A DNA stretch of 64,000 bases from Candidatus Daviesbacteria bacterium. GTDB lineage: Bacteria > Patescibacteriota > Microgenomatia > Daviesbacterales > UBA10151. Of this stretch, positions 38,029 to 47,792 are shown piece after piece; within the stretch, counting starts at the first letter, position 1; each line of letters begins with the position of its first letter. The stretch spans positions 1,824 through 65,823 of the forward strand of contig JACOXD010000003.1 in the NCBI GenBank assembly GCA_016176465.1, read 5' to 3'. The notes beneath the pieces are model-generated. The model did no database searches. It was not told where the DNA came from and saw only the letters and a program-made list of their open reading frames with translations. A program made the position numbers and the translations under genes.

Positions 38029-39774
38029 TTATTTTTTTAACTCACTTTGCTTGACAATTTGGCTATAAATACCATCTTTTTTTACTAACTCATCATGTGT
38101 GCCCATCTCAACTAATTTTCCTTTTTCCATCACTAAAATCTGATCTGCCCGCTGCACTGTAGATAATCTATGTGCAATGATAATTTTAGTCATTAAGCGT
38201 TCCTTAGATAAATTCTCCAATGCTTTTTGAATTAAACTCTCAGAGATAGTATCTAAATGAGAAGTTGGTTCATCCATTATTAAAATCTTAGGTTTTTCAA
38301 ATAAGCTTCGGGCAATTGCTAGCCGCTGCCTTTGTCCTCCTGATAGTTTAACTCCCCGCTCGCCAATTTCTGTAAGATAGCCATCTTCAAATTCCATAAT
38401 AAACTCATGAGCATAAGCTAATTTTGAAGCTTCGATAACTTGCTCATTAACAACCTCATATGGCTTATCTCCTGCAGCGTAAGAAATAACCTGATAGATT
38501 TTTCTATTAGGTACAGGTGCATCTTGGAAAACTACGGCGGTTTGTTTTCTATAAGTTTCTAAATCAAGCATTTTTAAATCATAACCATCAATCAAGACTT
38601 TCCCTTGCTGGGGATCATAGTAGCGGGATAATAATTTGGCGATAGTTGATTTACCGGATCCGGATTTTCCTACCAAAGCGGTAAATGAACCGGCAGGTAC
38701 TCTAAAAGAAACATTTTTTAAAACATTTCTTTTAGAGTACGCAAATGAAACATTTTGAAATTTAATCTCTCCTTTAATGTCAACAAAAATAGGGTTAGGA
38801 GAATTCTCAACGCTTGGCTTTGCATCTATTAGTTCACTTAAGCGATCAACTGGCTCTCTGGCTTCTGATATTCGAACATAAATCCTACCTAACCTAAAAA
38901 TATTAGAATAAGCCCGCTCGGTTAAGCTGATTAGAAAAACTAAACTTCCAATAGTCAATGCATTGGCTCTAACTTCAAATAAGCCAATAATTAATATAAA
39001 GATATAAAAAACCTCAATTAAGATATTCCTACTAAAAGAGGTAAAGACTCTTTTTCTAAATTCCTCTAAAGAAACATCACTAATATATTTACGAAGCATC
39101 CCAAAAGATTCATTCTCCCTATTTTCCTGAGCAAAACCTTTGACAACCGAGATATTGCTCATAGTATCTCCTATTTCAGAGGAGGAAAGTTCATAAGCTT
39201 CGTGGCGATCTTCTCTTAATTTCTGAGTAGATTTAAAAATATGGAAAGTAATTAAAACAAACGGTATTAGAGATAAAGAATAAATTAAACCAATTTTTAT
39301 ATTAGTTAAAAAAATTAAAACAGCAGTTACAAGAAGCTGCAGTACTGTTGGTTGAAATTCAAAGGTAAAATGATTAACTAATTCTATTAATTTATCTGTT
39401 CCTTTATTAAGCAAAGTAATCTTTTTACCAGTAGGTATTTTTTCATGATAATCTAGCGATAGATCAATCATTTTTTTATAAGCACTAGTTGAAATAAAGC
39501 GTTCTGTTTTAATTAAAAAATTTAAAATAATCCAATCTGCCAGGTGATCAATAACTAGAGAAATCACTCTTACTCCCCCCAAACCTGCTAAAACCACAAT
39601 TGCAGTTTCTATTGTTATTAAACCTTTAGTTGCAACCAATAAATCTAAGATTTTCCCAAAAAGATAAGGGCCTGTTAACCTAACAGCCTCAAAAATTACA
39701 GTTATAAAAAAGATAAAATATAGCCTTTTATGGAAGGGATTTAAAAGCTTCCATACTTTTTTAACAAATTCCAT
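38029..39774 (-). CDS. ABC transporter, fused permease/ATPase (MsbA-like exporter)
   Basis: Six TM helices. Walker A GKSGSGKST, signature LSGGQRQRLAIARS, Walker B ILIMDEPTS. Confidence 0.85.
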   Translation of the reverse strand: MEFVKKVWKLLNPFHKRLYFIFFITVIFEAVRLTGPYLFGKILDLLVATKGLITIETAIVVLAGLGGVRVISLVIDHLADWIILNFLIKTERFISTSAYKKMIDLSLDYHEKIPTGKKITLLNKGTDKLIELVNHFTFEFQPTVLQLLVTAVLIFLTNIKIGLIYSLSLIPFVLITFHIFKSTQKLREDRHEAYELSSSEIGDTMSNISVVKGFAQENRENESFGMLRKYISDVSLEEFRKRVFTSFSRNILIEVFYIFILIIGLFEVRANALTIGSLVFLISLTERAYSNIFRLGRIYVRISEAREPVDRLSELIDAKPSVENSPNPIFVDIKGEIKFQNVSFAYSKRNVLKNVSFRVPAGSFTALVGKSGSGKSTIAKLLSRYYDPQQGKVLIDGYDLKMLDLETYRKQTAVVFQDAPVPNRKIYQVISYAAGDKPYEVVNEQVIEASKLAYAHEFIMEFEDGYLTEIGERGVKLSGGQRQRLAIARSLFEKPKILIMDEPTSHLDTISESLIQKALENLSKERLMTKIIIAHRLSTVQRADQILVMEKGKLVEMGTHDELVKKDGIYSQIVKQSELKK

Positions 39775-39812
39775 ACATATATTTTCTCATAAATTGGAAG
39801 ATCAGGAGTGGA

Positions 39813-41768
39813 TTATGCCATCACCGGAGTGGCTGTAGCTCTACTATTACCGTTTCTTTTTTTACCGACAATTTTTTCAAACTCCGGAGTATCAAGAGTT
39901 TCTACCTCAAGTAGCTTTTTAGCAACTTTATCTAACTTTTCTCTATTTTTGCGTAAAATAGCTAATGCTTGCTGATAGGCTGTATCTATTATTTTTTTTA
40001 TTTCTACATCTATTTTAGATTGCAAAGCCTCAGATATACCTGATCCTTCATCAGGAGACCTTTGCCACATCCCAAACAAGGCTCTTGGTCTAATATTTAT
40101 AGGTCCAAGGGAGCTCATTCCATATTCCGTTACCATTTCCCTAGCAATATTAGTTGCTACCTCTAAATCATTAGCAGCCCCGGTTGAAATATCTTTAAAG
40201 ACTAACTCCTCGGCTGCTCTTCCTCCTAAAGCTGTGGCGATTTGCTCTAAGAGGCGTGATTTGGTCTCATTGGAGCGATCCTCGGTTGGTGGAAACATGG
40301 TGTGTCCCCCTGTCATACCACGAGATACTATAGTAATCCTATGGACAGGATCCACATGAGGCAGTGAGTGACCCACCATTGCATGCCCTCCTTCATGATA
40401 AGCAGCTAATTTTCTATCTTCTTCTGATTGCATTCTTTTTCTCTGTGGGCCTAACTTAACTTTAGTAGCTGCCTCTTCTAAATCTTTAGAATCAATTGCT
40501 TTTTTAGCTTCTCTGGCTGCTAAGATTGCTGCCTCATTTAACATATTAGCTAAATCAGCCCCAGAAAACCCAACAGTCCGCCTAGCAATCCTCTCAATAT
40601 CTACATCAGCAGTAAATGGTTTTCCCTTCATGTGCAGCTTAATAATTGCTTTTCTCTCTTCCAAATCAGGCATGTTTAAAACAACTCTTCGATCAAATCT
40701 ACCAGGTCTAACTAATGCCGGATCCAAGAGATCTGGTCTATTTGAGGCCCCGATTACGATTACAGATTCATTTGGAGCAAAACCATCCATCTCAACTAAT
40801 ATTTGATTTAGAGTTTGTTCCCGCTCATCATGCCCCCCAGAAAAACCCATGCCCCTCATCCTGCCAATACTCTCAATTTCATCTATAAAAATAATTGCCG
40901 GAGCGTTTTTCTTAGCCTGAGCAAACATATCCCTAACTCTTGCTGCTCCAACCCCAACCAACATCTCCATAAATTCAGATCCAGCTATAGAGTAAAAAGG
41001 TACCCCAGCCTCACCTGCTACACTGCGCGACAAGAGGGTTTTCCCCGTTCCGGGTGGACCCACCAGTAATACTCCTTTAGGAGTTCTGGCTCCTATCTCT
41101 TTATACTTTTGCGGGCTTTTTAAAAAGTCAACTATTTCTTCAAGCTCTTTTTTAGCCTCATTTACTCCGGCCACATCAGAAAATTTAATTTGTGGTTGAT
41201 CCTTGGTAAAAATTCTTGCTTTTGATTGACCAAATGAGAAAATTCCCTGAGCTCCTTCTCTGGCTTGGCGAATGATTAAAATAAAAAATATAACCATGAC
41301 AATAATAGGTAAAACAGTACCTAAAACTCCAAGCCATGCTTGCTGCATGGAGATATCCTTAACCTCAATTTCTACTTTTTTAGGATCAACTTTGGCACTT
41401 TCTAAAATTTTATAAATAGATTCCCCTGATTCTTTTCTGGAACTGGCAAATCTTTCCTCATCATTACCTTTTTTACCTTCGCTAGAAGGCAAGCTTTGCT
41501 TATATTCAACAAAAACTTTATCCCCCTCAAGGGTAATTTTTTTCACCTTTTCAGTTTTTATATCCGCTAAAACTTGAGATAATGGAACATCTTTGCCAGG
41601 GTTAATTCCACCTGTTAAATTAACAAAAAGAAAAAAAGCGACCAAGGCAATCAAGGCATAAATTCCAAAGCCTTTTAAAAAAGAAATTAAGCGGTTTTGG
41701 GGAAGTTTAGGAAGCTTTTTTTTACCATTATCAAAGGATAAAAAACCTTTTTTTCCGGGATTTACCAT
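39813..41768 (-). CDS. ftsH: ATP-dependent zinc metalloprotease FtsH
   Basis: AAA Walker [12 protein letters not shown] region, and zinc-binding HEGGHAMVG. Confidence 0.9.
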   Translation of the reverse strand: MVNPGKKGFLSFDNGKKKLPKLPQNRLISFLKGFGIYALIALVAFFLFVNLTGGINPGKDVPLSQVLADIKTEKVKKITLEGDKVFVEYKQSLPSSEGKKGNDEERFASSRKESGESIYKILESAKVDPKKVEIEVKDISMQQAWLGVLGTVLPIIVMVIFFILIIRQAREGAQGIFSFGQSKARIFTKDQPQIKFSDVAGVNEAKKELEEIVDFLKSPQKYKEIGARTPKGVLLVGPPGTGKTLLSRSVAGEAGVPFYSIAGSEFMEMLVGVGAARVRDMFAQAKKNAPAIIFIDEIESIGRMRGMGFSGGHDEREQTLNQILVEMDGFAPNESVIVIGASNRPDLLDPALVRPGRFDRRVVLNMPDLEERKAIIKLHMKGKPFTADVDIERIARRTVGFSGADLANMLNEAAILAAREAKKAIDSKDLEEAATKVKLGPQRKRMQSEEDRKLAAYHEGGHAMVGHSLPHVDPVHRITIVSRGMTGGHTMFPPTEDRSNETKSRLLEQIATALGGRAAEELVFKDISTGAANDLEVATNIAREMVTEYGMSSLGPINIRPRALFGMWQRSPDEGSGISEALQSKIDVEIKKIIDTAYQQALAILRKNREKLDKVAKKLLEVETLDTPEFEKIVGKKRNGNSRATATPVMA

Positions 41769-41823
41769 GGGCGAAATATACCATATTAGCCTTGGAAAAA
41801 CCAGGGGTCTAACTTAAAAAAAA

Positions 41824-42141
41824 TTAGCGAAGTTTGCTTCCTGCTGGAACCTTTTTAGAAGGTTTAATAATAATTGGTGGGTCTGTATCTGTTGCCAATA
41901 CCATAGCTTGTGACTCAATCCCCATTATTACTCTTGGCTCTAGATTAGTTACATATACAAATTGCTTGCCTACTAAATCTTTAGGTTTATACCATTTTTT
42001 AATTCCAGATAACACTTGTCTTTTTTCATCTCCAAAATCTACTATTTGTTTAATTAACTTATCAGATCCATCAACTGCCTCAGCTTCTACTACAGTTCCC
42101 ACTTTTAGTTCTAATTTTGCAAAATCATTGATGCTTATCAT
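41824..42141 (-). CDS. tRNA-binding domain protein (CsaA/Trbp111-like)
   Basis: FAKLELKVGTVVEAE ... LVGKQFVYVTNLEPRVIMGIESQAMVLA is an OB-fold tRNA-binding signature. Confidence 0.7.
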   Translation of the reverse strand: MISINDFAKLELKVGTVVEAEAVDGSDKLIKQIVDFGDEKRQVLSGIKKWYKPKDLVGKQFVYVTNLEPRVIMGIESQAMVLATDTDPPIIIKPSKKVPAGSKLR

Positions 42142-43159
42142 GGTAAAAATAATCTATCTTCATTGCAATTTTTACTTCCTTCATAGTTTTTTCTGCCTCT
42201 GCTATTGCTTTTTTTGTACCTTCCTTTAAGATTTTTTCTATTAAATGAGGTTGATTCTCATACTCTTTTCTTTTTTCCCTAATGGGATCTAAAAAATTAT
42301 TTAATACTTTTACTAAGTATTGTTTTACCTCCACATCCCCTACTTTACCCTCTTTGTACCTAGATTTAAAATCATCTAGCTTATGTTTATCAGTCTCAGT
42401 GGTAAAAGCATCTAAATAAATAAAGACAGGGTTTCCCTCAACAGTTCCTAGATCTGTTGGTTTAATCCTTTTGGGGTCTGTATACATATCCATTACTTTT
42501 TTTTCAACCTCTTCAGAAGAATCAGCTAAAAAAATTGCATTATTTAACGATTTACTCATTTTAGCTTGGCCATCAGTACCAACTAAGCGGGGAAAATCTC
42601 CAACTAAAGGCTCTGGTTCCACTAAAATCTGCCCATAAATACTATTAAATTTACGGACAATTTCTCTTGTTTGCTCAATCATTGGTACTTGATCTGCTCC
42701 AACGGGTACTAAATCTGCTTTGCAAAAAGTAATATCAGCAGCTTGGGATACAGGGTAAGCTAAAAACCCTAAAGTTACATTTTCTTCGATCCCTTTTTGT
42801 TTCATCTCCTCTTTAACTGTGGGGTTTCTATATAACCTAGCAACTGTTACTAAGTTCATATAAAAAACAGTTAATTCTGCAATTTGGGGAATTTGGGATT
42901 GGATAAAAATTGTGGTTTTTTGAGGATCAATACCTACAGATAAATAGTCTAAGGTAACTTCTTTAATAGAATCCCTTACTTTTTGGGGATTATCAAAGTT
43001 ATCAGTTAGAGCTTGAACATCTGCAAGCATTACAAACTGATCATATTCATCTTGCAGCTTGACTCTATTTTTTAATGAACCAACAAAGTGGCCCAAATGC
43101 AGCCTTCCTGTTGGCCTATCACCAGTTAGGATTCTCTTCATACTTATGTAGAATATCAC
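42125..43159 (-). CDS. trpS: tryptophanyl-tRNA synthetase
   Basis: HIGH-type motif TGDRPTGRLHLGHFVG and KMSKS. Confidence 0.9.
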   Translation of the reverse strand: MIFYISMKRILTGDRPTGRLHLGHFVGSLKNRVKLQDEYDQFVMLADVQALTDNFDNPQKVRDSIKEVTLDYLSVGIDPQKTTIFIQSQIPQIAELTVFYMNLVTVARLYRNPTVKEEMKQKGIEENVTLGFLAYPVSQAADITFCKADLVPVGADQVPMIEQTREIVRKFNSIYGQILVEPEPLVGDFPRLVGTDGQAKMSKSLNNAIFLADSSEEVEKKVMDMYTDPKRIKPTDLGTVEGNPVFIYLDAFTTETDKHKLDDFKSRYKEGKVGDVEVKQYLVKVLNNFLDPIREKRKEYENQPHLIEKILKEGTKKAIAEAEKTMKEVKIAMKIDYFYHDKHQ

Positions 43160-43179
43160 TTGAGGCTAAAAAAAGCGAA

Positions 43180-43797
43180 TTAGGATCTTGCAGTTTGTTT
43201 AGTTTGGCTAAGGACTCTCTGTTTGACTGCATTAACTACTGCTGAAACTTTGCCTGTCCATGATCTTTTAGGAGCAACTCCATCTACCCTTTTACCGCGC
43301 ATTTCTACCCCATTAATTTTAGGTTCAGGAAACCCTTCAATAACTCCATTTGCAACATGGATTCTGACAAGACCTGTACGCTGAAAAGTAAGCACTGCTG
43401 CATCTACTGGAGGTGGTTCATTGGGAGCTGTTTTGATCCCATTTATACGAACAAAAGACTCTCCATCTGGCAACCTAGCAATTAAAGAATCAAATCTAAG
43501 TATACCGTTTCTCCCATCAAAAAATAATTCTTTCGCGGTTACATATAATAATCTCTCTGATCCAGTTAAGCCTTCTGTACCACTAGGGTATAAGTTTAGG
43601 CCATAAACAAACTCACCTGATTCATTAACTCCTACTAATTCCACAGGAAGTCTTACTCCTGCCTGCTCCTCTGTAATCTGGCTACCAAGAGGGTAATCAA
43701 ATCTCCCTCTAATAACATCACCGACATTAATATCCGCAGGCGAGACCTGGTTTAAAGGAAGTTCAATAGTTTGTAATGACTCAACTTTTAAAGACAT
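43180..43797 (-). CDS. hypothetical protein
   Basis: 205-aa ORF with no motif. Confidence 0.4.
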   Translation of the reverse strand: MSLKVESLQTIELPLNQVSPADINVGDVIRGRFDYPLGSQITEEQAGVRLPVELVGVNESGEFVYGLNLYPSGTEGLTGSERLLYVTAKELFFDGRNGILRFDSLIARLPDGESFVRINGIKTAPNEPPPVDAAVLTFQRTGLVRIHVANGVIEGFPEPKINGVEMRGKRVDGVAPKRSWTGKVSAVVNAVKQRVLSQTKQTARS

Positions 43798-43867
43798 AAT
43801 TTTAATTTAACCTATAGTGCTATTATAGCACAAGGAGTAAACTTTGGTCAAGCTAAAGTTAACTTCA

Positions 43868-44566
43868 TTAGGGTGAACTTATGGGGCTAGCAGTATTGTT
43901 AAGGTAATGAGCACAAAGCCCAGGTGTTCTGGCAATAATAAACACTGCATTAGCTAACTTTGCTTCCCAGCCAAAGCTACAAAGTACAACAGCAATAGCT
44001 GCATCTATATTAGCAGGCAAAGTTATCCCTTTTTGAGCTTTAAGCTCTGCTTCTAAATCTTTAGCTACTTTAATAAATTCCCCACCAAGTCCTGCTTCCT
44101 CAAGCTTTTTAAAAATTAGCTGGGTCCTAGGATCAGCCTCTTTGTAAACTCTATGCCCAAACCCAGGCATCCTTTTCCCCTCTTTTAAATATTCTTCTAC
44201 CAAATTTCCTATTTCGTATTTCGTATTTCGTATTTTATATAGAATCTCCATACAAGGTTCTATTGCACCCCCATGAGACTCATTTATCTGTAAAATCCCA
44301 GCTGCAATAGCCTCAGATAAAGTTTTTCCATCTTTTGCAGCATTAACTGTTGCTACTCCAGATGGAGAGTTTGGACCATGATCTATAGAAAGATTTAAAA
44401 TAAGCTCAAATATTTTTTCTTCCTGCTTAGAAGGAGTTTTTTCTGATAAAAGTTCAAAAATTAGTGAGGCAAAGCTTCTCTGCTGAGAGATCTCCAAATG
44501 ATTTTCTTCCCCAAACAATGCGGGTTTGCTTTCATCATTATCTTGATGTGTTATTGTCCTAGCCAT
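43868..44566 (-). CDS. truncated citrate-synthase-fold protein (citryl-CoA lyase-like module)
   Basis: Citrate synthase signature MPGFGHRVYK and GPNSPSGVA. At 232 aa it is about half a citrate synthase, like the ATP-citrate-lyase CCL module. Confidence 0.6.
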   Translation of the reverse strand: MARTITHQDNDESKPALFGEENHLEISQQRSFASLIFELLSEKTPSKQEEKIFELILNLSIDHGPNSPSGVATVNAAKDGKTLSEAIAAGILQINESHGGAIEPCMEILYKIRNTKYEIGNLVEEYLKEGKRMPGFGHRVYKEADPRTQLIFKKLEEAGLGGEFIKVAKDLEAELKAQKGITLPANIDAAIAVVLCSFGWEAKLANAVFIIARTPGLCAHYLNNTASPISSP

Positions 44567-45460
44567 TTATAATGCTCCTTTCACTAAACTTGCTATTTGA
44601 TCAAAATCATCAGCTACTAAAACTCCTGCATCTTTTAAAATTTGCCTTTTTATATCTGGTTTCCCTCTATCCCCTTCAATTATTGCTCCTGCGTGTCCAA
44701 ATTGTACATCAGATGGCAAGCGTTCTGTAAATTCCCCACCAATATATGCAACCACAGGCTTTTTAATTTTACCCTGTTTTTTTAAGATACTTACTCTCTC
44801 CTCATAAGTTCCACCTAATTCACCAAAAATAACAGAGGCTTTTGTTTTAGGATCATCTTCAAGGGCCAACAAAAAGTCCCCAAAGTCAGTGCCAATTATC
44901 CTATCTCCACCAATCCCAACAGCCCAAGATATACCTAAACCATGGTTTTTTAAATGAATCCCAATTTCAGATGTCATCCCTCCTGATTTAGAAATAATAG
45001 CTACTTCTCCATCTATAAATGCTCTCTCAGGAGTTGCACCTCCAATTGAGCCTATCTTTATTTTTCTACTTGGACAAATCATCCCAACTGAGCTTGGGCC
45101 AACTAAGCTAATTCCATTTTTTTTAGCTAAAGCATAGATATAAGATTCATCCTTAGTAGGGACTTTTTCTGTAACAATGAGTATAAATTTTACTCCAGCC
45201 TCTATTGCCTCTACTGCTGCACCTTTTACAAAAAGAGGTGGTACATAAAGGACTGTTCCATCAATTTCCCCCACAACTTCTTTGGCTTCTCCAACTGAAT
45301 TAAAAACTGGTAAACCTAAGATTTCTTGTCCACCTTTTCTAGGAGTTACCCCAGCCATAACTTTTGTTCCATAATCAAGCATGGTTGGTAAGGCAGTAGA
45401 CCCTTCAGAACCTGTAATACCTTGACCAATAATTTTTGCTCCCTCTGGTAAAAGTAACAT
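44567..45460 (-). CDS. succinyl-CoA synthetase alpha-like subunit (CoA-binding, phospho-His)
   Basis: GITGSEGS (CoA-binding Gly loop) and the phosphohistidine loop QFGHAGAII. Confidence 0.8.
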   Translation of the reverse strand: MLLLPEGAKIIGQGITGSEGSTALPTMLDYGTKVMAGVTPRKGGQEILGLPVFNSVGEAKEVVGEIDGTVLYVPPLFVKGAAVEAIEAGVKFILIVTEKVPTKDESYIYALAKKNGISLVGPSSVGMICPSRKIKIGSIGGATPERAFIDGEVAIISKSGGMTSEIGIHLKNHGLGISWAVGIGGDRIIGTDFGDFLLALEDDPKTKASVIFGELGGTYEERVSILKKQGKIKKPVVAYIGGEFTERLPSDVQFGHAGAIIEGDRGKPDIKRQILKDAGVLVADDFDQIASLVKGAL

Positions 45461-46095
45461 TATTTAACAACCTCCTGTGCTTGTATACTGTAAAGTTGAG
45501 AAGGCTTTTTTTCTGGATATTTTTCTAAGTACTTCTTAACTATATTGAAACCTAAAGTATAACCAGTCCATTTAGGAATGTTTCTATCCCCCATTCCAAA
45601 AAACCATTCGTTATGATCGTATTCTTTTGTAAATTCCTTTTTAGCTAACTCACTAAACTTTTGTAGTTGTTTTTCAGTTAATGCTAAGTCCCATTTTTCT
45701 GGTTCGCCATCTAAATATTCCATTTCAAAATGGTCTGCCAAACCTTCGCTTACAAGAGCTTCAAGTAAAGTCTTACCATACCCAGGATTTTGCCAGCGAA
45801 TTGCATGATGAAGTTCATGTGCAAGAATTCTAGGCAAATTTTTAGCAATAGAGTTATTAATATTAGGGAATTTGGGATCTAAATAAAGATTAATAAGATA
45901 AGTGTTTTGAGCATATCCTCCAATTCCTAGATGTTCTATCGCTCCCAATGGATTGTCTTCAACAATAACGTCTAAATCAGGCAAAGGAAGTAATTGTACA
46001 ACTTCACTTTTAACTTTTTTTATAATTTCTTCAATTTTTTTTGAGAATGGAATTAATCTACCGCTAGCTTTTAATATATAGATTCCTCCGTTCAT
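45460..46095 (-). CDS. HExxH-motif protein (DUF2268-like putative Zn hydrolase)
   Basis: The only motif is LAHELHHAIRW. It sits between the SucC-like and SucD-like genes with a start/stop overlap. Confidence 0.4.
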   Translation of the reverse strand: MNGGIYILKASGRLIPFSKKIEEIIKKVKSEVVQLLPLPDLDVIVEDNPLGAIEHLGIGGYAQNTYLINLYLDPKFPNINNSIAKNLPRILAHELHHAIRWQNPGYGKTLLEALVSEGLADHFEMEYLDGEPEKWDLALTEKQLQKFSELAKKEFTKEYDHNEWFFGMGDRNIPKWTGYTLGFNIVKKYLEKYPEKKPSQLYSIQAQEVVK

Positions 46096-47306
46096 AAATT
46101 TTTCCTTTGGGCATATTCTTTAGCTAAATCAACTATTACTTTTGCACTCTCAGCTATAGATGTTTCTTGACCATAAAGGTGCAAATCAAAATCTTTTACT
46201 TTTTTTAACATCTCAAATGCTTCCTCGTCCCTTGGTCCTCCTCTTCTTATCACAATAGGATAATCAGGTTTTGAAGTAATTTTTCTTAATGCGTCTAAAA
46301 ATCCAGATAAAGTTTCATAGATATCTGTAAAGTTAGCTACTCCTCCAACTACCCATAATCCATTTAAATTAGGCTTAGAAAGTACAATTTGAGTTAATTT
46401 TTCCACCTTCTCTTTGGGAGGATTGCCAGAGTACTCTGTATAGTTTGCAGGCTTTCCACCTATTTTAAATAAAGCATCCATTGCAGTTAAGGATGCCCCA
46501 CCACCTGAAGCTAAAACTGCTATATCACCATCAAAATCAAAATAAGTTGAACCTGCTACTCCTCTATAATCTTCTTCATCTATTTTTTTAGCTTCAATTT
46601 CTCTATCTGATGGAGTATAACCTGGGACTGCTCGAGGTGGATACTGTTGCCACTCCTCATGTCTTTTGATAGCACTATCATCTAATTTTATCTTTGCATC
46701 TAGTGCTACCCAACCATTTTTTGTTTTAACCAAAGGATTAATCTCTAAAAGTAAACAATCTTGTTCAAAAAAAAGGTTAATCAGCTTTTCTAAGATGTCA
46801 TTCTGAACCCTTCGCTTCGCTCGAGGGTAAACTCCGTGAAGAATCTCTAAGTTGGATCCTTCGCTTTCGCTCAGGATGACAGATTGAGTAATTGGATCTA
46901 CCGGAAAACTTTTTACTCCTCTTTCTTCTATTCCTATCCCTCCTTTATTGGAAATATTTAACACAGGTCCCCTTGTATCAGTATCATAAGAAAGAGAAAC
47001 ATAGTATTCCTTTGCTATATCTACTTTTTCTTCTACCAACACCTTCTCAACTTTTTCTTTATTGATTACTTTACTAAAAAGATCCTTTAAACTAGACGCT
47101 ACACCCTCTATGCTATCCTCTACTATTATTCCTCCTGCATCTGCTCTTTTTCCTGATAGCACTTGGGCTTTTAAAACTACTTCTCCTGTCATTCTGAGGG
47201 CGAAGCCTGAAGAATCTAAATCAGAGGATTCAATAAGTTGGAAGTTGGGAATATTTATCCCAGCATCTTTAAGTAGTTTTTTCCCCTCATATTCATAAAG
47301 AATCAT
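46092..47306 (-). CDS. succinyl-CoA synthetase beta / ACL-beta-like ATP-grasp subunit with two in-frame palindromic inserts
   Basis: MILYEYEGKKLL (ATP-grasp N-terminus), LLEINPL, GGGASL...PANYTEYSGNP. Confidence 0.75.
   Translation of the reverse strand: MILYEYEGKKLLKDAGINIPNFQLIESSDLDSSGFALRMTGEVVLKAQVLSGKRADAGGIIVEDSIEGVASSLKDLFSKVINKEKVEKVLVEEKVDIAKEYYVSLSYDTDTRGPVLNISNKGGIGIEERGVKSFPVDPITQSVILSESEGSNLEILHGVYPRAKRRVQNDILEKLINLFFEQDCLLLEINPLVKTKNGWVALDAKIKLDDSAIKRHEEWQQYPPRAVPGYTPSDREIEAKKIDEEDYRGVAGSTYFDFDGDIAVLASGGGASLTAMDALFKIGGKPANYTEYSGNPPKEKVEKLTQIVLSKPNLNGLWVVGGVANFTDIYETLSGFLDALRKITSKPDYPIVIRRGGPRDEEAFEMLKKVKDFDLHLYGQETSIAESAKVIVDLAKEYAQRKNL
46797..46880. repeat. composite palindromic repeat element (28 codons) in the sucC-like gene
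   Basis: gtcattctgaacccttcgcttcgctcgagggtaaactccgtgaagaatctctaagttggatccttcgctttcgctcaggatgac. Terminal inverted repeats gtcattctga / tcaggatgac. It encodes SVILSESEGSNLEILHGVYPRAKRRVQN. Confidence 0.65.
47188..47216. repeat. short palindromic repeat unit in the sucC-like gene
   Basis: gtcattctgagggcgaagcctgaagaatc is the same unit as the tatD copy gtcattctgagtgaaacgaagaatc. It encodes (L)DSSGFALRMT. Confidence 0.55.
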
Positions 47307-47351
47307 GGGTATATATTAGGGTAATAGGTTATAGGTAGCAAGTAATAGATG

Positions 47352-47423
47352 TGGCAGCGACAGGGATCGGACCTGTGACCTAAGCTTTATGAGGGCTCCG
47401 CTCTACCACTGAGCTACGCTGCC
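47352..47423 (-). tRNA. tRNA-Met (anticodon CAU), elongator-type (could instead be Ile2/lysidine)
   Basis: Hand-folded cloverleaf. Acceptor GGCAGCG/CGCUGCC is perfect. D-arm GCUC-AGUGGUA-GAGC. Anticodon loop CUCAUAA. T-loop UCCGAUC is atypical. Confidence 0.65.
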
Positions 47424-47463
47424 ATTCATTTGAATTTTAGCACAATTTGAGGCTAAAAGATAT

Positions 47464-47790
47464 TTAAGAAGGCTTAACTGCTTGTTCTTTTTGATATTCT
47501 TGTAAAAACCCTTCTGCAAAATTATCAAAAAATTTTAATGCTTCCTGATCTGGATCTTTATTTGTTCTTAATTTATATCTTTTTCTTATCTCCTCATTAG
47601 CCTGCCTTTGATCAATGCATTTTTCAATTGCTTTAAAATCCTCATCAGTAAATGAAAGCATAGCTTCAGAGTAAAGTTTAGAAAAAGAAGTGCTGGTTAA
47701 ATCTTGGGTAAACTCTACAATTTGTGAATCACTGTAACCTTTTTCTTTTAAAACAGCTATTACTTGCTGATACTTAGTTGATTGATCCAT
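47464..47790 (-). CDS. hypothetical protein
   Basis: 108-aa acidic, helical ORF immediately downstream of the 648-aa gene. Confidence 0.4.
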   Translation of the reverse strand: MDQSTKYQQVIAVLKEKGYSDSQIVEFTQDLTSTSFSKLYSEAMLSFTDEDFKAIEKCIDQRQANEEIRKRYKLRTNKDPDQEALKFFDNFAEGFLQEYQKEQAVKPS

Positions 47791-47792
47791 AA

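Noticed and set aside
45460-46095. Third catalytic subunit of the ACL-like module
   Set aside because: Its only motif is HELHH, a Zn-hydrolase HExxH. Nothing ties it to citrate or CoA chemistry apart from its position, so it is annotated conservatively.
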